Shown here piece after piece: positions 34,495-39,802 of a DNA stretch of 39,802 nucleotides. The notes under the pieces were generated by a model. It was not told the DNA's origin. It saw only the letters and a list, made by a program, of their open reading frames with translations, and ran no database searches. A program made the translations under genes and the position numbers. Each line of letters begins with the position of its first letter. Position 1 is the first letter of the stretch. Origin of the DNA: a virus (taxonomy: Duplodnaviria > Heunggongvirae > Uroviricota > Caudoviricetes); the IMG/VR virus record IMGVR_UViG_2671180139_000002, positions 1 through 39,802 of that record. One strand, written 5' to 3'.

Positions 34495-34746
34495 ATGATC
34501 CCTGAAAACATCCGGGCGTGCCAGAGCACCGACGTTCCGATCTGCGTGGAATGCCTGAACTGTCACCATAAGGCGGTCATGGAATCCGAGTACCTGCTCT
34601 CCCGGTCTGCCAGATTGCACCCGGACGTCAGTCTGGTGCATGTCTCGCGTCTGCTGAAGTGCGGCGACTGCGGTTCCAAGGCGCTGAAGGTCTTCCGGCC
34701 GCCGGATCGTGACGCTGCGGCCGACTTTATCGCGACAGAGCTTTAG
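34495..34746 (+). CDS. Small zinc-ribbon protein (CxxC...CxxC)
   Basis: CLNC and CGDCG motifs. Confidence 0.65.
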   Translation: MIPENIRACQSTDVPICVECLNCHHKAVMESEYLLSRSARLHPDVSLVHVSRLLKCGDCGSKALKVFRPPDRDAAADFIATEL

Positions 34747-34829
34747 AAGCTCACAGAGACGCGCTTTTTGCGAGCGCTACAACGTGACGTGAAAAGCGTT
34801 TCCGTCGCTCAGTGCGCGTCTCTGCGCGT

Positions 34830-35092
34830 TCACGACGCTGTTCCGATCGCTTCGCTCGATTTGTCGAAGCAGATGATCTCTTCCCTGAACTGCGTACAGG
34901 CGCGATTTATGTCGTGGGCGCAGTCTCGGCAGTAGTAGGCGCGCGTGGAGATGTTGAACCAGGTCGCGCCGGGGCGTTGGCAGGCCGTGCGATTGCACGA
35001 CCCGCGAAAGAGGCCCTTGTCCAGCTTCAGTCCGGACGTGGACGTTTCGGGGTGCCGGAGACGGCGGTGAGGCGATCGGCATAGCGACCCAT
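34830..35092 (-). pseudogene. Cys-rich small protein gene with an apparent 1-nt frame discontinuity
   Basis: The coupled ATG at 35092 stops after 21 codons; the Cys-rich DKG..GSCNRTACQ...YYCxxC domain is in the adjacent frame. Confidence 0.35.
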
Positions 35093-36402
35093 TACTTCTT
35101 CCTCCAGGGCTGGGGCTGATCACCCGCCATGATCGAGCCATAGGGGAGGATCTCGTCGACGATCTCGGCGAGCCCGTAGTGGGCGATCTGCGACCGCACC
35201 GTCGCCGCGCTCTTGTAAGCATTGGGGTGCTCCGAGAAGTCCGGCGTCCCGCAGAAGGACCTGACGTCAATATGCTCGGGCCAGGCCGCCGGCGCGGACT
35301 CCTTGAGGAACTGGGTCCGGCTCATGTTGCGCCCCGCCCCATGCGGAAGGAAGCCGAGGCCGTTGGCTGCGTCCGTTCCGCGGGTGATGAGGATCGGCTC
35401 CGCCATGTTCAGCGGAACGATGGTCCGATCGTACTCCGCCCAGCCCGGGGTCGCGCCCTTCGCATGGAAGAAGGTGTCGCCGCGCTGGAAGATGAAATTG
35501 TGCTCGTTCCAGAACCAGTCGTTGATCGGGAAGCCGATGAGCTGGTGGATCTTGAAGTGGCTCTCGCGGGTCCAGTCCTTGATCGCCTGCAGCGCTTCCC
35601 AATAGTCCTGGCCCTCCTTCGTATCGAAGGGGATCCAGGCCGCAGCCTTGGGCACCTCGGGCGCCAGCTTCTCGCGAAAGCGTTCTGCGTCCTGCATACC
35701 GGCCTTGTAGAGCCTGGCGCCGGGACCGCGCGAGCCGTGGTGGGTTACGACGACCGTATCGCCCGTGCTCTGGAGCGTGCCGACGTAGAGGAAGTGGTTG
35801 CCATCGCCCTGGGTGGCGAAGTGCGAGATCATGGGCTGCAGGTGCCACTGCAGGAAGCGATTACGCTCGAAGCGGTCCATCACCTCGGCCGAGGGCTTGT
35901 GCTGATCGCGCTGCTGACGGCCGCCGGGGCCGAAGTGGGTCACGGTCATCGCCCGATCGAGCACTTCCTTCGGGTCGACGCGGCCGAGATTGGCGACAGC
36001 TACTGAGCAGCAGATGTCGGCTGAGTGGAAGCCGGGATGAATGGCGCCCTTCACCGCAACCACGCCGCCAACCGGGATGACGCCGGCCGGGCAGGCATCG
36101 GGCATCACCGCGCCGGCTTCAACCGTCGGTACGCGCATGAGCTCCTGCATCGTGGCGGAGACGGCAGCGATGTTGTCCGCGTCCCCCTCCCCTTCCGCAT
36201 GGATGTTGAGGTGAAACGCGACCTCGCCAGCGGCTCGAAGGCCGCGCGGCTCGACCGGTGGCGGAACGTGTTGGGCGATGATCGCCCGGATCTCCGCCTC
36301 GGTGGCGCCGTGCGCTTCCGCATCATTGGCGTCGTGGAGCGCGGCGCCGAACCACGATGCGGGCTGGTAGCCCCACTCGATGAGGGTCTTGCCGGTGATC
36401 AT
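35092..36402 (-). CDS. rtcB: RtcB family RNA ligase
   Basis: DACP.G.IPVGGV, ADICCS, GNHF, HHGSRG, HGAGR and AYK motifs. Confidence 0.88.
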   Translation of the reverse strand: MITGKTLIEWGYQPASWFGAALHDANDAEAHGATEAEIRAIIAQHVPPPVEPRGLRAAGEVAFHLNIHAEGEGDADNIAAVSATMQELMRVPTVEAGAVMPDACPAGVIPVGGVVAVKGAIHPGFHSADICCSVAVANLGRVDPKEVLDRAMTVTHFGPGGRQQRDQHKPSAEVMDRFERNRFLQWHLQPMISHFATQGDGNHFLYVGTLQSTGDTVVVTHHGSRGPGARLYKAGMQDAERFREKLAPEVPKAAAWIPFDTKEGQDYWEALQAIKDWTRESHFKIHQLIGFPINDWFWNEHNFIFQRGDTFFHAKGATPGWAEYDRTIVPLNMAEPILITRGTDAANGLGFLPHGAGRNMSRTQFLKESAPAAWPEHIDVRSFCGTPDFSEHPNAYKSAATVRSQIAHYGLAEIVDEILPYGSIMAGDQPQPWRKK

Positions 36403-36866
36403 TCCTGGTCCTCGTAATTCTCAGGGTGGAGTTTCTGATCGGTCTTGTCCGCGCAGCTCGGGCATTCGCCATCGAAGCCGTCGCCGCCGTCCTCGTATTG
36501 GGCGCCGCAGGTGCGGCAGAGATCCTCGTTCTCTTCCTCGGCGGCCTGCGTTCGCTCGCATTCCTTGCAAAGGCCGCTGTCGGCCCGTTCATCAAGCGTC
36601 CATTCGCCGTTGCAGCACTCGCAGACGAAGGTCTCGCTCGGCACCCACACCCAGGCACTGACCCACACGCCGTTTTCGGCATTGGAGACGATCGGATCAT
36701 CATCGATTTCCAGATCGTCATCGGCATAGCGCTCTCGCGCAATCGCGATTTCGCTTTCGGCGGCGGCCGCCTCGCTTGCGGTGGCTTTGTAGCGTTCGGT
36801 GACGGACGCGAGCGCGGGCACGAAGGCGATCAGCGCCGCCTCTTCCTCGGTGATGCGCACGAACAT
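36399..36866 (-). CDS. Acidic Cys-rich hypothetical protein
   Basis: Several CxxC pairs; coupled to both neighbours. Confidence 0.7.
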   Translation of the reverse strand: MFVRITEEEAALIAFVPALASVTERYKATASEAAAAESEIAIARERYADDDLEIDDDPIVSNAENGVWVSAWVWVPSETFVCECCNGEWTLDERADSGLCKECERTQAAEEENEDLCRTCGAQYEDGGDGFDGECPSCADKTDQKLHPENYEDQE

Positions 36867-37624
36867 CAGCGGGTCTCCCCAGGGTTGCCGAACGTGTGCA
36901 GGGCGTGTGCCTGGTCAGGGTAATCGCTGGGCAAGCCGAAGGCTCGAAGCGCTGCCTGTAGGGCCGTCTGCACGTCGCTCCAGTCCACGTCTTCCGGGTC
37001 GTTGCAGTAGGTGTTCACCAACGTCCGACACGCAACCTGCGCCGCGGAGTCCGCGATCAGCGGCAGGTCGTCAGGAATGCTAGCCGGATGCGCGAGGAGC
37101 TCGGTGTGCTTGTTGATCGCCGGCGCTCCGAACTGAGCCCCGAAGATGTCCTGAATGACCGGGTCGCACCAGACGGGGCGGCCGCCGGTGGTGCGGGCCC
37201 ATAGAGTGAGGCCGCCAAAGTCGAAGTCGATCCGCTCGCCACGCTGCTCCAGGTGATAGGCCAACCAGTCGGTGACGACCCAGCATTCCGAAGTGTCGGC
37301 ATCGTTTAGATCGATGCCGTATTCCAAACAAAGATCTTCCCAGCCGGTTTCATCCGTGGGTGACGCGGAAGCGGCTGTTTCTTGCTGATGATGAACGAAC
37401 AAGCCATCATCTACCAACCATCCGCAGGAACGAGCTGCCTTCTCGTAGGCTTGCGGAAATCCGGCGAACTTCATGGCTCGATTGCAAAGTCGGGCCAATT
37501 CAATCCGGTCGGTGACGCGGTGAGTGTTGATGTCGACCAGATCGTCGCCCTGTGCCAGAGCGAGCATCAAATCGGAAACATCGGCGAGCGTGTGGGCCCG
37601 CACCATCTGCTCGACGGAGCGCAT
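36866..37624 (-). CDS. Conserved phage hypothetical protein
   Basis: W.V.DWLA..LE..GE.....GGLTLWARTT.G pattern; strong RBS. Confidence 0.7.
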   Translation of the reverse strand: MRSVEQMVRAHTLADVSDLMLALAQGDDLVDINTHRVTDRIELARLCNRAMKFAGFPQAYEKAARSCGWLVDDGLFVHHQQETAASASPTDETGWEDLCLEYGIDLNDADTSECWVVTDWLAYHLEQRGERIDFDFGGLTLWARTTGGRPVWCDPVIQDIFGAQFGAPAINKHTELLAHPASIPDDLPLIADSAAQVACRTLVNTYCNDPEDVDWSDVQTALQAALRAFGLPSDYPDQAHALHTFGNPGETR

Positions 37625-37673
37625 TTCTCTCTCTCTCCAGAACTAACGTCTTGATTTCGTTGACCTTACGCGA

Positions 37674-37976
37674 TCAGGCGCGGGTTGCTTTCGGCAGCAG
37701 ATGGGAGATGTCTTCGATATTCCGGACGAAGAAGTTGAAGGCTTTCAGGGCGTGGCCTTGGGAGATCACCCGCTCTCCGGCAGCCTCGACGTACATGAAC
37801 GCGACGAGCTCCTGCAGCTCGACAGCCTTTTCCGTCGCGACCTTCGCCTTCTGGGCGCACGGTTTACAACGGAAGGCCCGCTTGTCTCCCTCGAACGGCT
37901 CGGCGCAGGTGCCGCATCGGCACCAATAGCCGCCTGACGCAAAGCCGAAGCTGACCAGAGAAGACTCGGTCACCAT
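37674..37976 (-). CDS. Small zinc-binding hypothetical protein
   Basis: CRCGTC...CKPC. Confidence 0.6.
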   Translation of the reverse strand: MVTESSLVSFGFASGGYWCRCGTCAEPFEGDKRAFRCKPCAQKAKVATEKAVELQELVAFMYVEAAGERVISQGHALKAFNFFVRNIEDISHLLPKATRA

Positions 37977-38266
37977 GTCGTTTTTGCCCAGTTTAGAATT
38001 GCGGGAATTGTGGGCTCTACTTCATACGCCTTGCAGGCGGCCTCATTGAACTCGACTCTCATCCCGATCAGATCGTCTTGGTCGATCCAGACGATGTCGG
38101 AGGACTCTCGAACTCGTGCGTAGATGGACGTTCCATCGAGGATGACGCTGTCGGTCGCGATGACTCCTCCATCCGACAGACTAAGGCTGATCGAGCCGAT
38201 TAACTTGTTTATCTCCGGATTTAGAATTGGCAGGGCGTCGAGCATCTTCTTCATCGTGCTGCGCAT
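37970..38266 (-). CDS. Hypothetical protein
   Basis: Coupled operon. Confidence 0.6.
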   Translation of the reverse strand: MRSTMKKMLDALPILNPEINKLIGSISLSLSDGGVIATDSVILDGTSIYARVRESSDIVWIDQDDLIGMRVEFNEAACKAYEVEPTIPAILNWAKTTW

Positions 38267-38274
38267 AGGGTGTC

Positions 38275-38493
38275 CTACTGGTCGAGATAGCTGGCGATCG
38301 GGGCAGACACGCGGCCGCCGTTCTCGTGCTGAATGGTGAGGATAGACTGCGGGCTAGCGCCGCGCCGGAGACACTCCTGGGCCGCGGCAAGCGACGGGCG
38401 CCGGGAGACCTCGTCCCAGTCAGCGCCTTCGACAATATAGAAGCCTGGCCGCAGTGAATGCTGCCGAACGGTCACGATCTGCTCGGGAGACAT
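38275..38493 (-). CDS. Hypothetical protein
   Basis: AGGAG RBS upstream. Confidence 0.6.
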   Translation of the reverse strand: MSPEQIVTVRQHSLRPGFYIVEGADWDEVSRRPSLAAAQECLRRGASPQSILTIQHENGGRVSAPIASYLDQ

Positions 38494-39022
38494 AAGTCGC
38501 TCCTGATGTGTGCGTGTGTTGCGAATTCGTTATGCGACAAAGCATTATGGAAGTCGCTTGGCTGTGGTAGGATAAATCAAAACTGATTGTCAATCGGGAG
38601 AGAGTCCGATGATGAGCCTGCTTCACAAGCTCCAGTCCTACGAAGCGCTCGTGGGTCCTCTATTTGCGGTCGTCAGTGCGCCGCAACCCGCGCTGCAGAT
38701 GTTGAGATTCTTGGCCCTTTGACAGCCCGCCAATTGGCGCTATCTTATTCGGAGTGGAGCGAGGGTTTCCCCTCGCTCCGTTTGGCTAGCCTATCGAGAT
38801 TTCAAGGGCGAGTTGGAAGCTGCGGCCCTTAATTTTCTCGACGGTAACCGACAGGCGTATGCGTGGTATTAGCCACATCATCGTCTGTGCCTCCGTACTG
38901 ACCAAGCGGGGCCTCCGCCCGAGGACGCCGAGTAGCCTACTCGACGTGGGGCCCCGCTTCCCTAGGGCCCTGGCGTACCGCCTGATCAATCTCGTCGTTC
39001 TATCGCACCCCGATGCGGGATG

Positions 39023-39259
39023 CTACTGCTGAGCGGCGTTCTCCGCAGCGCGCTCACGCAAGCGCCGCATGTTCTCTTCCGAGGTCGAGCGCACCGCCGC
39101 TTTCACAGAACTGATCAGCGACTGGCGATCGGCCAGGGAATACTCATCCAGGGGTTTCACTGGGCATTCGCAGCCGGGGTTCCGACGAACCCACTCACGG
39201 CGCATAGCCACGAGGAAGGTCTTCGTCGCGACCAGTGCCTGATCATCGCTAACTTGCAT
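39023..39259 (-). CDS. Hypothetical protein
   Basis: Shares its leader with the gene at 28281. Confidence 0.6.
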   Translation of the reverse strand: MQVSDDQALVATKTFLVAMRREWVRRNPGCECPVKPLDEYSLADRQSLISSVKAAVRSTSEENMRRLRERAAENAAQQ

Positions 39260-39330
39260 CTGCTATCCGTCTAAATCAGTGTTCATTGATCATAGCGAAG
39301 CAGGCTCGGGTTGCGATCGGATGCTCTCGG

Positions 39331-39708
39331 CTACTTGCGCTCGATGTTGCGAACGGTCTCTGCTGACCAGCGATCGGCGTGGAGTGGCTTGATACCGCGG
39401 GCGTCGAGGGCTTCGGCGATCTGCCGATATGATGAGAAACCCTCCTCCCGCAGTTTAGCGATGATCGGGCGAAGCTTGTTGCGCCTTTCCTCAGCTTCGG
39501 CTCCGCGCTTGGCACCGGCTCGGCGGCGTGCCTCTGCGAGATACGGGTTTCCCTTGCGGCCGCCGTCGCCGCCGAGAGCGGTAGCCGCCTGCTCCTGCAG
39601 TACGAGGAACCGGTCCCGGAAGTCAGGCTGTGCGGGGTCGAGCTCCTGGACTGCGCGGGCCACGTTCCGCAGCCGGCGCATAAGGACGCTGGTCTCAACT
39701 TCAGCCAC
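39331..39708 (-). CDS. Protein with a C-terminal 'Recombinase'-type DNA-binding segment and no catalytic serine domain
   Basis: SYRQIAEALDARGIKP....RWSAETVRNI; GTG 39708 overlaps the upstream stop. Confidence 0.55.
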   Translation of the reverse strand: MAEVETSVLMRRLRNVARAVQELDPAQPDFRDRFLVLQEQAATALGGDGGRKGNPYLAEARRRAGAKRGAEAEERRNKLRPIIAKLREEGFSSYRQIAEALDARGIKPLHADRWSAETVRNIERK

Positions 39709-39802
39709 TGTTCTTGTTCTCCGGCAGCACATACTCAACGGTGAAGGGCGGCGTGATGTCCTTGGCCGCGGCCGTCATCACTTCCGCCATCGACTTGAAC
39801 GA
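39701..39802 (-). CDS. 3' end of a gene truncated by the window edge
   Basis: Open frame ...SFKSMAEVMTAAAKDITPPFTVEYVLPENKNSG*. Confidence 0.45.
   Translation of the reverse strand, partial: SFKSMAEVMTAAAKDITPPFTVEYVLPENKNSG

Larger units (their letters stand above)
1..39802. mobile_element. Segment of a temperate siphovirus-like phage-plasmid (SSU5/pHCM2-like organisation, inferred)
   Basis: Contiguous terminase-portal-scaffold-capsid-tail-tape measure operon plus a ParA/RHH partition pair; no integrase or host housekeeping genes in the window. Confidence 0.85.

Noticed and set aside
37626-37637. (TC)6 tract before the 36866..37624 start as a phase-variation switch
   Set aside because: Short and doubles as a purine-rich RBS on the - strand; no evidence of length variation.
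38500-39020. Short ORFs in this gap (e.g. 38786..38989)
   Set aside because: No motifs, clear RBS or coupling; left unannotated.
1-39802. tRNA, rRNA, integrase, lysis cassette, replication initiator
   Set aside because: None recognisable by eye in this window; they may lie elsewhere on the replicon.

Overview
The whole window looks like part of a large temperate siphovirus-type phage-plasmid from a high-GC alphaproteobacterium (host inferred from a GAAC-N7-GAAC LexA box and GC content). 1-15.8 kb is a leftward virion operon: terS, terL, portal, scaffold, capsid, head-tail joining genes, tail tube, frameshifted tail chaperones, tape measure and minor tail protein. 16-20.5 kb is a terminase-linked ParB/ParB/ABC-ATPase/HAD/GNAT/wHTH cluster, a candidate DNA-modification module. 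20.6-25 kb runs rightward: SF2 helicase, dNMP kinase, a minimal protein-kinase-like gene, parA plus an RHH partner, and vapD. 25-39.8 kb is mostly leftward accessory or early genes, including RtcB and DUF4238. Gene order resembles SSU5/pHCM2-like phage-plasmids; this is recalled similarity, not an alignment. The standout signal is at 26-30 kb. A 928-bp island (25996-26923) has no CC on the + strand, and only one GG in its first 688 bp. It carries a complete transcription unit whose 195-aa product has no Gly, Pro or Trp, while a paralog 2 kb away keeps 18 such residues in the aligned region. The island abuts intergenic arrays of CCATGG/CCNNGG sites phased at 10 bp. An 18-bp palindrome (TAAGTCA-N4-TGACTTA) marks at least 14 gene boundaries. 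A related AT-cored inverted-repeat element occurs twice (15.9 and 30.5 kb). All family calls come from reading motifs by eye; no searches were run.
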